Part shown: in pieces, positions 54,982-64,000 of the stretch | How positions within the stretch are numbered: position 1 is the stretch's first letter | Layout: each line of letters begins with the position of its first letter | Virus record (IMG/VR): IMGVR_UViG_3300047160_001842 | Coordinates: 1 to 64,000 of that record | Length of the DNA: 64,000 bases | Source: a virus | Taxonomy: Duplodnaviria > Caudoviricetes | Strand: one strand, 5' to 3' | Translations under genes and position numbers: made by a program | Notes under the pieces: model-generated | What the model was told of the DNA's origin: nothing | Database searches by the model: none | The model's input: only the letters and a program-made list of their open reading frames with translations

Positions 54982-55388
54982 TCTAGGCTTTCTAGCAAAT
55001 GGTAAATTGGTTTCTTGCCGATGGCGATTGCAGTGGTGACTAGCTGGTCTGCGGTCATCGCCTTCAACTCAAGGTCCGGATCAAGCAGGTAGTATTCCTT
55101 GCTGACGCGGAGGAGGACGAAGGCGCGGCCATTCCACCACTTCCACTGCCGCATGAACGGGACTTGTCCCGGTTCGAACGCGCCCAGCAGCGGATATGTC
55201 TTGGACTTGGCCGGCCAGTCCGCCAACGCCTTATTCTCCAGCCAGAAGGATACCCCGGCGCGGTTGATCCCAATGACGTCACACATGCCGTCAACACACT
55301 GGTTCTCGACACGGAACAACTTCAGCTTGGCTGGGTCGATATCGCATGAGAACGAATCCCAGGCGCGTTGCTCAGGCAGTCTCGACAT
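54978..55388 (-). CDS. PD-(D/E)xK nuclease (VRR-NUC/resolvase-like)
   Basis: RVEN...GMCDV...FWLENK. Confidence 0.7.
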   Translation of the reverse strand: MSRLPEQRAWDSFSCDIDPAKLKLFRVENQCVDGMCDVIGINRAGVSFWLENKALADWPAKSKTYPLLGAFEPGQVPFMRQWKWWNGRAFVLLRVSKEYYLLDPDLELKAMTADQLVTTAIAIGKKPIYHLLESLE

Positions 55389-58182
55389 CGCCGTCCAGTC
55401 GCTTGATTCCGATGACGTTAAACATCTGGTATTCGCTCAGACGCTTCACCTTGATCAACCACCAGCTACCCTTCGGCGCACCTTCGGCGATGGCCTTGCC
55501 GTGGGACAGGTACATGTCGCGACCAATCCGGAACCGCAGTGCGGAGTCTGACGAGTCATCAACCATAAACATGTCCAGGAAGATCGTTTGACCCTTGTAG
55601 ACCTTCCCGCCGCGCTTTTTCACGCGGATCGGCTCGTTGGCGTCGGAGATGGTCTTGCTCATCAGCTTCGCGATCACCAAGCTGGTAACGCCATCCACGC
55701 AATCGGCCATGTTCATAATCGGCCTGCCGGACGTAACGCCAGCAAGCGCAGGGTCGCGGTAGTAGTGACCCCACTTGGTGTGCGCTTCGGCGAGGTCTGC
55801 ATACTTGATCTCAGCGTTGGTGAGACGGTCCTTGTCCTTCTGAGTGAGTGTGCCCGCCTCTCGCTTCTGGACATAGGACAGCGCCTTGACCGGCCCATAT
55901 CCCTTTGCATTCTGGATGCCTCCGATGAGTCGCCCGTCCGCCACCTTCCAATTCATGTCGCTGAAGTCCGGATCAATAGGCGTGTACTCGATCCCTTCGC
56001 GGCTGATCTCACGGAGAATCGCGATTGTCTGCTCATCGTCCTTCGCGGCACGGAGGGAAGCTGCAGCGTACTCCAGAGGGAAGTAACGTTTGAGATAGCA
56101 AGTCCAATAGGTGACGATTGCATAACTGACGCTGTGCGACTTGTTGAAGCCCCAGGCTCCGAAGGTCGCCATTTCTGACCATATTTTCTTGGCTTCGGCT
56201 TCGGGGATGCCATTCGCCACAGCACCGGCCACGAAGTCCTGGCCGAGCTTGTTGAAGTATTCCTCGCCCTTGCGCCCAGACATCGCCTTACGCACGGTGG
56301 AGGTCTTCTGCCAGTCGAATGAGCCAAGCTCTTTCACCATCGACATGATCTGCTCTTGGTACAGAATCACGCCATAGGTGTTGCTGAGATACTTCTCAAG
56401 TTGCGGCACATCGTAGGTGATCGGCTCTTTTCCCGCCGCGCGTGCAATGTAGCGCTGGGCCATACCGGAGGAGAGCGGGCCGGGTCGCGCCAGCGCTGTG
56501 AGATGGTCGATCTTGCTGAAGTCGTCCACGTTCACGGAGCGCGTAACGGATCGCACCGCATCGCCTTCGAATTGGAAGATGCCGGACACCTTATCCTCGT
56601 TGAGGATATCGAGCACGGACTTATCATCCAGCTTCAACCCGTACAACTCCTCTGCGGTGATAACACCGGCGTCCTCGATCACTCCGAGTGTCCGAAGGCC
56701 CAGGGCGTCAATCTTGAGCAAATTGAGGTATTCAGAGTCGGGCTTATCGATCTGCGCCACGCCGTCTTCCGTCACAGTGCAGTAGTCCGTCACCGGATCG
56801 TTACACACAAGGATGCCAGCCGCGTGGACGCCGGAGTGCGATGGATGAATCTCGATATCACCCATGCAGGCGGCAGCTTTAGGCCACTTGAGTTGGAAGT
56901 CCTTGCCAGGCTCCGTCTTCGTCATGGTGTCCTCCAGACCCTTCCCATAACGCTCGTCAGCGGACGAGTATTCGATGAGCGAGTTTCGGATGTTCGAAGT
57001 CTCCCAGACTGCAATGCCGAACTTCTTGCCGACTTGCGCGAGCACGGACGCGGCCTTGAGGGTGTTGATGTTCCCCAGCTTGGACACGTTATCTTTGCCG
57101 TACTTGTTCTGCAGGTACTCGAACACCAGGTGGCGCTTCGTGTCGGTGAAGTCGATGTCGATATCCGGAAGGTCTGCGCGGCTGATATCGATGAAGCGAT
57201 GGAAGAGGAGCTGGTGCGGGAGCGGATCGACTTCAGTGATGCCGATGAGGTAACAGATCAAAGAGCCAGCGGAGGAGCCGCGTGCAGGTCCGACCAGCAT
57301 ATGCTCCTTGGCGTAGCGCACGAGGTCCGACACCACCAGAAAGTAGCTGTCGAACTTCTTGAGTTTGATCTGGTCTAGCTCAAGCTTGAACCGCTCCTCG
57401 TACACCTGAGTCCACTCGGCGATATGCCCACGCGCTAGGCGGGAGGCTTGGCCCTCGCGGGCGAGCGCTTCTAGGTCGCCGTCCAAGTAGATAAGCGGAG
57501 CCTTGGCTAGGATGTGTCCCTGGAGGCTTTCGGCGACGGCGCGGGTATTCGCCCCAGCCTCTTCGAACTCGTCTCTGGACATTACCTCTTGGAGGACGCT
57601 CCACATCTCCTCCTCGCTCGCAATCCACCTCATGCCCACAGAGTCGCGAACCTCCCAAGCGTGGGCGAACGGCTCGTGCTTCTTGTCCGGCATGTCGTTG
57701 TATGACGTCAAAACCATCGGCTTGCCTGTCTGTCGCGCTAGTCGGACGGCCTTGGCTGCGTGGAGGTAAGAGGACGGGTTAACGTCGATGTAATCGTATG
57801 CGTCTTCAGGAAGGTCCAGGGCGCCACCGATGAAGCGGATGAGACCTGGGGCTGCGGCCAGTTCCTCCGGTGTCGCTCCGCCATTCCTAACCACGCGGCT
57901 GGTGAAGTTGTAGAGCTTCTTCGTATCGGTGGCGAGCACCCATGCGACAGGCTTGAATCCGTTGTCCGGGTTGATGATCGGGACTTCCATCCCGAACATC
58001 GGATGCATCTCGGCTTTCTTGAGTGCCTGTTCGAAGCGGACATGACCCCAAGTGCCGTGATCGACTAGACCAGCGCTGGTGACGCCTAGCTCCTTCAGTT
58101 TGGTCACTATCTCCGGCATTCGCCCGTAGGCGTTGCGGTAGGAGTAGCCTGAGCGGACGCGGAGTTGCGGCAGAGTGGTCAT
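55372..58182 (-). CDS. dnaE: DNA polymerase III alpha-like (family C) polymerase
   Basis: GPARGSSAGSLICY.IGITEVDP, PDIDIDF, GVHAAG, LKIDALGL, GFNKSHSVSY. Confidence 0.96.
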   Translation of the reverse strand: MTTLPQLRVRSGYSYRNAYGRMPEIVTKLKELGVTSAGLVDHGTWGHVRFEQALKKAEMHPMFGMEVPIINPDNGFKPVAWVLATDTKKLYNFTSRVVRNGGATPEELAAAPGLIRFIGGALDLPEDAYDYIDVNPSSYLHAAKAVRLARQTGKPMVLTSYNDMPDKKHEPFAHAWEVRDSVGMRWIASEEEMWSVLQEVMSRDEFEEAGANTRAVAESLQGHILAKAPLIYLDGDLEALAREGQASRLARGHIAEWTQVYEERFKLELDQIKLKKFDSYFLVVSDLVRYAKEHMLVGPARGSSAGSLICYLIGITEVDPLPHQLLFHRFIDISRADLPDIDIDFTDTKRHLVFEYLQNKYGKDNVSKLGNINTLKAASVLAQVGKKFGIAVWETSNIRNSLIEYSSADERYGKGLEDTMTKTEPGKDFQLKWPKAAACMGDIEIHPSHSGVHAAGILVCNDPVTDYCTVTEDGVAQIDKPDSEYLNLLKIDALGLRTLGVIEDAGVITAEELYGLKLDDKSVLDILNEDKVSGIFQFEGDAVRSVTRSVNVDDFSKIDHLTALARPGPLSSGMAQRYIARAAGKEPITYDVPQLEKYLSNTYGVILYQEQIMSMVKELGSFDWQKTSTVRKAMSGRKGEEYFNKLGQDFVAGAVANGIPEAEAKKIWSEMATFGAWGFNKSHSVSYAIVTYWTCYLKRYFPLEYAAASLRAAKDDEQTIAILREISREGIEYTPIDPDFSDMNWKVADGRLIGGIQNAKGYGPVKALSYVQKREAGTLTQKDKDRLTNAEIKYADLAEAHTKWGHYYRDPALAGVTSGRPIMNMADCVDGVTSLVIAKLMSKTISDANEPIRVKKRGGKVYKGQTIFLDMFMVDDSSDSALRFRIGRDMYLSHGKAIAEGAPKGSWWLIKVKRLSEYQMFNVIGIKRLDGDVETA

Positions 58183-58349
58183 TTGCGGTGCAACTCCTGC
58201 TCAAGGCGGCGGATTGCTTGGGACATGGCCGCCATAATCTCCGTTTGGTGATCGATCCTGCCGCGCAGGAACTCGGCGTAAGCATAAACGCCAATGATCG
58301 CCCAAACCAGAGAGAAGAATGCCCAGTTGTCAAATATCCAATCAATCAT
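58179..58349 (-). CDS. Small membrane protein
   Basis: MIDWIFDNWAFFSLVWAIIGVYAY... Confidence 0.6.
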   Translation of the reverse strand: MIDWIFDNWAFFSLVWAIIGVYAYAEFLRGRIDHQTEIMAAMSQAIRRLEQELHRK

Positions 58350-58899
58350 TTTTCTTTCTTTCGAATGACTCGTACACACCAAGCGTCTGGCAGACTTTGT
58401 GGAGAAGCAGCACGTCATCGACGGCCCTGTGCTTCTGGACGTACTCGCCAACCAGAGTGTTGTATAGATCGGTCAGACGCATGCGGCGTCCATACATGTG
58501 GAAGGTCTGCTCCACCGTGCAGATTTCAATCTGATCCGTCCACCCCACATCGACCAGCGTCAGGCCTATCCTCCGCAGATCGAAGTCAAGCATACGCTTG
58601 TCGAAAGAGAGGTTGTGGGAGATGATTACGTCAGCCGCGCTGAAGTACGCCTTGAGGGCATCGAGATTATCAGAAAAGGGGCCGTAGCCCCTCAAGTCGT
58701 CATTCGTCAATCCGGTGATGTCCGTGATGATCTGCTCGATCTGGATCTCCGGGTTGCAGATGAACTCCGTTGTACTGATGACCTCGTTGCCGTCCGTAAG
58801 GATGCCGCCGAATTCAATTGTCTTCGGCTGCTGGCCCAACCGGGCGTCACTGTGAAGTGGGAGGCCGGTCGTTTCCCAGTCGTGAACGGCGAAGATCAT
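58342..58899 (-). CDS. DEDDh 3'-5' exonuclease (DnaQ-like)
   Basis: DWETTG, SHNLSFD, HRAVDD. Confidence 0.9.
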   Translation of the reverse strand: MIFAVHDWETTGLPLHSDARLGQQPKTIEFGGILTDGNEVISTTEFICNPEIQIEQIITDITGLTNDDLRGYGPFSDNLDALKAYFSAADVIISHNLSFDKRMLDFDLRRIGLTLVDVGWTDQIEICTVEQTFHMYGRRMRLTDLYNTLVGEYVQKHRAVDDVLLLHKVCQTLGVYESFERKKND

Positions 58900-58902
58900 G
58901 GC

Positions 58903-59403
58903 TTAGGCCGGATACGGCAAGCGAACGATGAACTTCAGATCAACACCGAGAATCTTCCGGGTATCGTAGATCACATAGTTGTAGCGGCGCGAGTCCTTGA
59001 TGGCCGGGTTGGTGTGGCCGTTTGTGAAGACTTCCTGAGCAATGCGAATGCCGTGCTTCTGCATCACTGCAGCAAACTCGTCCAGCTGCTCGCGGGTGAC
59101 GTGCATGCCGAGGTGTGAAACCGCTCCGACGCCAGACACGGTGCCCTTGGCGATGGACTCGTCCATCCAATTGTGCCCCTTGCTGTAATGGAGCACTTCC
59201 AGCTCCAGCGGCTTGTCGGAACCGGACTGGTAATTGAATGCCAGATCGGCCTCGTTCTTGCCGTCCGAGCCGAACACTTGGCCTGCGGCGGTCACCGTGT
59301 CGTAGACCCAGTCATCCAGGCCGAGGTCTTTGAGCAGGAGAAATGCCTTGTTCGTTCCGAGGCCTGGGAAGAGGGCGATTTGTTCTATTTGGAATTTGAG
59401 CAT
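58903..59403 (-). CDS. VOC/glyoxalase-fold protein
   Basis: EQIAL...LELEVL...SHLGMH pattern resembling epimerase-type VOC enzymes. Confidence 0.7.
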   Translation of the reverse strand: MLKFQIEQIALFPGLGTNKAFLLLKDLGLDDWVYDTVTAAGQVFGSDGKNEADLAFNYQSGSDKPLELEVLHYSKGHNWMDESIAKGTVSGVGAVSHLGMHVTREQLDEFAAVMQKHGIRIAQEVFTNGHTNPAIKDSRRYNYVIYDTRKILGVDLKFIVRLPYPA

Positions 59404-59406
59404 TGT

Positions 59407-60081
59407 TTACTTTCCGAATGGGATATCGCAGCCGGACAGATAGAGGCTGTTGCCGCTGCTGAGAAGGTTGGTGATCAAGTCTGCGACGGCTTCCGGGGGT
59501 GTCTCCAGACCGTGCATCAGGGCCTTGCGCTGGTATTCTCGCGCGTACTCCGGTGTCCAGCCGCGCACTCGCTGAACGTTCTCCTCGATGGACTTGGACA
59601 TGCCGGTGCCGGCCAGCTTGTTGGGGCTGACGCTGAAGACGGTGATGCCGTACTTCGGCGTCAGTTCGTGCGCCATCTGCTTGGTGATCATCAGCGCTGC
59701 GGCCTTGCTCGCGTTGTATGAGAGGCTGCTGGTCATAGGGATGTGCGCGGCGTTGGACACAATGTTGATGACCGTGCCCTTGGATGCCTTCAGCTGCGGT
59801 AGGACAGCCTGCGTCATCCTGACCATCGAGAATGCGTTGACGTCCATCAGGTGAAAGAAGTCATCTTGGCCGACTTCTTCAAACCAACGGTTGTCGTTGA
59901 TGCCTGCACAGTTGATGAGGCAATCGACGCGGTCAAGACCCATAAGAAAGGCAGACGGGCAGCGCACGTCATCGCCATCTGCATGGTCGTAATCGATGAC
60001 GATGTGGTTGGCCGCGATCAGCGCCTGGGCGATGGCTTTGCCCAGTCCGCTGCCGGAGCCGGTGACGATAACGTGCATCAC
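59407..60081 (-). CDS. Short-chain dehydrogenase/reductase
   Basis: TGSGSGLG, NCAG, IVS, YNASK. Confidence 0.92.
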   Translation of the reverse strand: MMHVIVTGSGSGLGKAIAQALIAANHIVIDYDHADGDDVRCPSAFLMGLDRVDCLINCAGINDNRWFEEVGQDDFFHLMDVNAFSMVRMTQAVLPQLKASKGTVINIVSNAAHIPMTSSLSYNASKAAALMITKQMAHELTPKYGITVFSVSPNKLAGTGMSKSIEENVQRVRGWTPEYAREYQRKALMHGLETPPEAVADLITNLLSSGNSLYLSGCDIPFGK

Positions 60082-60929
60082 AACACCTCGATTCGGTGAG
60101 CCTGCTTGGCCACGAGGTGTTCCACCATCGCAGCATACACGGCGATGTCGCGCATGGAGTCTTCGTGGGTCAGGCCGCTGTTGGCGAAGCGGGTGAGCTT
60201 GACGATGATCAGCTCAAAGAGATGGTACAGGTGGTGGTCGTCGTTGGAGCGAATGGCCACGCCGTTCGGGAACAGCGCCTTCATCACGTTGCCCACGTTG
60301 ACGGCATTATCCTTGTAGACGGCGTTGCGTTGCATGAACGTCGATGCGGCCTGCTGGAGGATGTGAGCCACGCTGCCGGTGACTTGCATTGCAACTTCCG
60401 TCATCTGGACAGGGCCGGCCATCGCGATGCCGTCCGCGTTGAGCACGCACGCGTTGAAGCCCTTCGAACGGTACACATCGACCACATCCTGACGGTCATC
60501 GTAAGCCGCGACGACTGGCCGACCGTTCTTGATGATGAAGTCGGCGAAGTCGGCCTTGACCATGTGCGCTGGCCGGATGTCACCTTGCGTCCGCATCAGA
60601 ATGCTGAAGTCGTTTTCGATGGAGATGCCGAAGTTGGACTTGATCCACGCCGCAGACTTCTCAGCGACACTGAACGGACGCCCGGTGGCGAAGAAGATGA
60701 TGTGGCCATCGGCGATGTGTTGGCGGAGGACAGCCGCGCCCGGTGCGAGGACCGGGTCACGGTCGCACACATCGTGGTAGGAGTCATATGCATCCTGGCC
60801 CGGTGTGGAACCTTCCTGCGCCTTGGGAAGTAGGTGTTGGCGCCAGCGGTCGTCGCTGATGCAGCCGTCCAGATCGAAGATCGCAACCTTGCGGTTGTCG
60901 TCTGCTTTGGTCATTGCGGGAGTGGTCAC
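60078..60929 (-). CDS. HAD phosphatase (PNKP-type) fused to a DUF6378/Nmad1-like helical domain
   Basis: FDLDG, ATGR, LMR, AYDDR; C-terminal KLTRF...HEDSMRDIAVYAAM. Confidence 0.85.
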   Translation of the reverse strand: MTTPAMTKADDNRKVAIFDLDGCISDDRWRQHLLPKAQEGSTPGQDAYDSYHDVCDRDPVLAPGAAVLRQHIADGHIIFFATGRPFSVAEKSAAWIKSNFGISIENDFSILMRTQGDIRPAHMVKADFADFIIKNGRPVVAAYDDRQDVVDVYRSKGFNACVLNADGIAMAGPVQMTEVAMQVTGSVAHILQQAASTFMQRNAVYKDNAVNVGNVMKALFPNGVAIRSNDDHHLYHLFELIIVKLTRFANSGLTHEDSMRDIAVYAAMVEHLVAKQAHRIEVL

Positions 60930-61234
60930 AGAATTCCTTTCGGGTTTTTGATGGTTCTCAATTCATAGCCGAGCATCGGCCAGATTTGTTCCAGCGCTTT
61001 CTCACGCGCATACTTGCGGCCCAGTTCAGGACTGAACTCTTGTTCGTCCACCGGGCCTTCGTTCACGCCAACGAGCTTGGTCCCGTTGACTAGGACGATG
61101 ATGTAGATGGTGACGTGGTTGATGTTGGCTTGCGGCAGCGTTGGCCGGTCCATCGCCTTGTCGGCGGTGAACCAGTACTCTGCCAAGATCAGGCTGTCGA
61201 TGTACGCCTGAGTGTTCTTGTCGGGGCGCTTCAC
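60926..61234 (-). CDS. Phage gp49/gp66-like protein
   Basis: IIVLVNGTKLVG...EFSPELGRKYAREKALEQIWPMLGY. Confidence 0.8.
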   Translation of the reverse strand: MKRPDKNTQAYIDSLILAEYWFTADKAMDRPTLPQANINHVTIYIIVLVNGTKLVGVNEGPVDEQEFSPELGRKYAREKALEQIWPMLGYELRTIKNPKGIL

Positions 61235-62208
61235 CCGGCGCTCTTTCCGTCGCCGGTAGCTACCGGGTTGTTGGTTTGGAGAGGCGTGGCCCAGAACACC
61301 TTTCGCAATTCCTCTTGCTCTGATCGAAGGTCCATCCATGGGCGGTAGAAGGTGCATTTCTCGCGACCATAGCGCGGGAAGGCGCACTGGCCTGTCGCAA
61401 CACACGAGACTTGGATGAGAGGATCGGCCCACGGGTGGACCTTTAGAACCTCCTCACGCATCAATCTGAATGCATTCTGGTATTCTCCGCCAGTCCGGAC
61501 ACAAAGCCGCACCTTGGCCATATCGCTGAGGGTACGAAGGCTGAACTTGGCTTGAATGTTCGTTGCGAAGTTGGATGGGAGGATCGCGCGTGCATCCTGC
61601 AGGTCCGCGCCAGCGCTGAGCAGTTCTTTGTAGGAGGCTTCGGCGTCGGCCACGGCGTCATGCCATATGGTCGCCAGCGTCTCATCGTTCAGGAACTTGT
61701 CCGGCTGAACGATCTCATTCACTTCCACAGCGCGGCTGGACTCCTGCTGGTACGCGCCCGCTCGCGTGCGGACGAGTTGATGAGTCATGTTCTTGGAGAC
61801 GCCCTCGATATTGAAGATGTAGTCCACAAAGTCAAAGGGGCTACGGATCGTATCAAGCATGTACTTGTACGCATCGTATAGCTCGGCTTCGGACATGTCT
61901 TCAGGCTTCTTGCCGCGCAGGCGTGTCGTCTTGGTGCCCACCAGCATTTGGAGGGCGTCTGGGGTGTATCTAATCAGACTGACTTTCACGGTGTTCCTTT
62001 CTAGGTAGTCCTTGATCCACTGCTGGACCTCGTGTGCTGCCGCGATGTACGCGGCGGATGGGGTTTTTGTAATCTCCTGGCCCGGTACGTATGCAGCCCA
62101 GATTTTATCCCTGAGATACTTGGGGAGTGTAAACCAGTGATCGCGACAACCCCACATCGACGGTGGGACTGCGCGCGGGCATCCGGGCCAATGGCAGGTG
62201 TGCTTCAT
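61231..62208 (-). CDS. thyX: FAD-dependent thymidylate synthase, in frame with an N-terminal Cys/His domain; internal GTG start at 61989
   Basis: FNIEGVSKNMTHQLVRTRAGAYQQESSR; EDAR-like QDARAILPSN; SLRTL; RLCVR. Confidence 0.88.
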   Translation of the reverse strand: MKHTCHWPGCPRAVPPSMWGCRDHWFTLPKYLRDKIWAAYVPGQEITKTPSAAYIAAAHEVQQWIKDYLERNTVKVSLIRYTPDALQMLVGTKTTRLRGKKPEDMSEAELYDAYKYMLDTIRSPFDFVDYIFNIEGVSKNMTHQLVRTRAGAYQQESSRAVEVNEIVQPDKFLNDETLATIWHDAVADAEASYKELLSAGADLQDARAILPSNFATNIQAKFSLRTLSDMAKVRLCVRTGGEYQNAFRLMREEVLKVHPWADPLIQVSCVATGQCAFPRYGREKCTFYRPWMDLRSEQEELRKVFWATPLQTNNPVATGDGKSAG

Positions 62209-62453
62209 TTGATCGCCATCTGCATCTTGGTGTAGGCATCCTTGAAGGTGCCATGGGCAGACCACGTGGAGCCTTCAACGTGCAGCCAGCGACCGTTCAT
62301 CAGCCGCTCCGTGGAGATGTAGTAGTGTCCCTTGCCGCCGATGATGTCGTCAGCGAATGGGCCGTCTTGCCGCTGCGTGATGACGTAGCGTGTCGTGTTC
62401 AGCGGCGGGAGAACAAAGTGCCAGATGACTTCGGAGAGGATGGCTTCGGTCAT
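62205..62453 (-). CDS. Hypothetical protein
   Basis: ATGA coupling. Confidence 0.65.
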   Translation of the reverse strand: MTEAILSEVIWHFVLPPLNTTRYVITQRQDGPFADDIIGGKGHYYISTERLMNGRWLHVEGSTWSAHGTFKDAYTKMQMAIK

Positions 62454-62650
62454 TTACTCCTCGCGGCTTCGGTGTTGCTGGCGAGCACGACTTGCGCGAG
62501 CTTCTGTGCCTGCGGCTGTTCCAACTCGACATGGAGGATCAGAGCGTCATCCGTTATCGCTCCGGCTTCGCTGTAGTTGAATCCCGCCGCGACGAGATTG
62601 CGAGAGAAAATCGGTAGCTTCCACTTATCGATGGCAATGGCGGCTTTCAT
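62450..62650 (-). CDS. Hypothetical protein
   Basis: GGAGG RBS. Confidence 0.65.
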   Translation of the reverse strand: MKAAIAIDKWKLPIFSRNLVAAGFNYSEAGAITDDALILHVELEQPQAQKLAQVVLASNTEAARSK

Positions 62651-62932
62651 TCACCCTCCGGTGTTGCTGTTGTCGCGCGTTGGGAAATTCATGTCGTCGT
62701 CTGGAGCCTTGTGCGGTCCCTTGACCATCATGAAGTTGTGGCCATCGCGCTTGATGTCGGTGATGCTGCCGCAGACTTCGCACTTGCCGCTGGTGTAGAA
62801 CGTGTTCGCCACGTCCATCGTCTGCTTCATGCCGCATTTGGCGCACTTGAACTGCTGATAGCAGTCAATGGTTGGATCGTTCAGGAGGTCGTTGACCTGA
62901 TCGAGGACTTGTTGAAATGGATAGAGGTTCAT
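62651..62932 (-). CDS. Zinc-ribbon protein
   Basis: CAKC...CEVC; AGAAAGACCAGAATG RBS. Confidence 0.7.
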   Translation of the reverse strand: MNLYPFQQVLDQVNDLLNDPTIDCYQQFKCAKCGMKQTMDVANTFYTSGKCEVCGSITDIKRDGHNFMMVKGPHKAPDDDMNFPTRDNSNTGG

Positions 62933-62942
62933 TCTGGTCTTT

Positions 62943-63119
62943 CTAGGGTCGCAGTGAATAAATGCGGGTGTAGAGACGGCGCAGCCAATCAATCTCAACC
63001 TCCGATAGAGGAGTTGCCTTGTCGTGCAGCCGCGCCAACTCTTTCGACTCTTCCTGAGTCATATAGCTGGTGCCGTTGAGGACGTTGAGCTTACTGATCA
63101 TCTGTTCCGTCTCGTTCAT
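62943..63119 (-). CDS. Hypothetical protein (58 aa)
   Basis: Hand-translated MNETEQMISKLN...; AGGAG RBS. Confidence 0.6.
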   Translation of the reverse strand: MNETEQMISKLNVLNGTSYMTQEESKELARLHDKATPLSEVEIDWLRRLYTRIYSLRP

Positions 63120-63128
63120 CTTTGGCTC

Positions 63129-64000
63129 CTATTTAGCAAGAACCAAGCGCCTATCGTAAGCGCTCGCGGCGATCAGCTTCTGAACTATTCCAATATCCTT
63201 GATGATGTCGTCCAGAAGGATATTGCGCCAGCAAGCAAACCTGCCAATACTGAAGACATTGAACTCCACCGAGAGCTTGTGGAGGAGCGCGCGGCGGACA
63301 TCGTTGTCGATGTTCACAATCTTCCCATAACGCTGGTTCACCTGCTCGATACGCTCCACCTCGTTCGGGCTGATCCCGAAGGCGCTGCATACATAGCCCA
63401 AGTCGTCGCTACCAGTGAATGCTGCAGCGGCGTGTGCCTGCTCGATGATGAGTAGATCGCCGGTGATACTCGCCCGGTACACACGGACATTCGGCTGAGG
63501 AAAGTAGATCGTTTGGTGGAGATCGGAGCCGCGCCGCAGGCGATACCGGCTTACTTGGATCGGAGAGGCCTGAAAGGACATGTCCGATGGGGCCGCCAAG
63601 CCACACGCGGCCAGGATTGCAGGAAGAGGTATCGTGGAGATAATCGCGTGGCTCTGGTCACGTTCTACGCGGTCCAAACGAGTGTTCAGACGGATGCGGG
63701 CGCGGTGTCGATGGACCAGTCGCTCGTGGAAGTCCTCCGGCGCGATGTAGCGAGTCTCTGACTTGAGGTTCCAGATGCTTCGATCACCGGACATGAAGCC
63801 AATAACCTTCTCAGCGTAGAGGTTCGCGAGTCGCGGCGTACACTGCATGTAGGTCGTTCCCTCATACTGGATCGCCTTGTGAACGGTGACGGGCTTGAAG
63901 GGGATGCCAGTGGCCTGCGCGACGGCCTCGCTGCGAAAGCGCAGTAGGGCCTTGTGTTCTGCGTTGCCGTTGCCTGCCTCGTGAATCGGGATGTCCGGGA
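63129..64000 (-). CDS. 5'-truncated putative flavoprotein oxidoreductase/mutase
   Basis: Frame open to window edge; ISTIPLP and SIGRFACWR resemble FAD-dependent oxidoreductase/UDP-galactopyranose-mutase-like C-termini; Rossmann N-terminus not visible. Confidence 0.6.
   Translation of the reverse strand, partial: PDIPIHEAGNGNAEHKALLRFRSEAVAQATGIPFKPVTVHKAIQYEGTTYMQCTPRLANLYAEKVIGFMSGDRSIWNLKSETRYIAPEDFHERLVHRHRARIRLNTRLDRVERDQSHAIISTIPLPAILAACGLAAPSDMSFQASPIQVSRYRLRRGSDLHQTIYFPQPNVRVYRASITGDLLIIEQAHAAAAFTGSDDLGYVCSAFGISPNEVERIEQVNQRYGKIVNIDNDVRRALLHKLSVEFNVFSIGRFACWRNILLDDIIKDIGIVQKLIAASAYDRRLVLAK

Noticed and set aside
1-64000. tRNA genes, introns, inteins, integrase/att sites
   Set aside because: No cloverleaf in the few intergenic gaps; TerL, helicase and DnaE are continuous and not enlarged; no recombinase motifs. 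A tRNAscan/Infernal run would be the definitive test.

Overview
About 64 kb of a GC-rich, apparently virulent myovirus genome, cut within genes at both window edges. Gene content and order (TerL, DUF1073 portal, MuF, DUF2213, DUF2184 capsid, DUF3383 sheath, then ligase, SNF2 helicase, DnaE-type polymerase, DEDD exonuclease, ThyX) resemble PB1/BcepF1-like phages; this assignment is recalled, not searched. Layout: 1-2947 (+) small accessory genes with shared DNA linkers; 3014-4309 (-) holin-like genes; 4526-13916 (-) early/host-takeover genes with sigma70-like promoters; 14142-15578 TerL; 15562-18370 (-) accessory insert; 18475-49862 (+) virion genes; 50025-64000 (-) replication and nucleotide metabolism. 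No integrase, repressor, tRNA, CRISPR array or reverse transcriptase was seen. Strongest leads: (1) a 1233-aa portal fused to a pyrophosphatase-like domain and an intact R-S-E ADP-ribosyltransferase, followed by a small acidic candidate immunity gene; (2) a linker-bounded module-shuffling array; (3) a stand-alone CapW/BrxR-like winged helix; (4) a ThyX/HAD/SDR/VOC/flavoprotein cluster beside DnaE suggesting nucleotide modification; (5) four paralogous fibre genes; (6) a collagen-stalk trimeric autotransporter; (7) a Tat-like mini-protein carrying tail-fibre His repeats; (8) a CCUCCUCCC-loop hairpin RNA; (9) a GGACAC-N12 promoter class with near-leaderless late genes. All family calls come from visual motif recognition without database searches.
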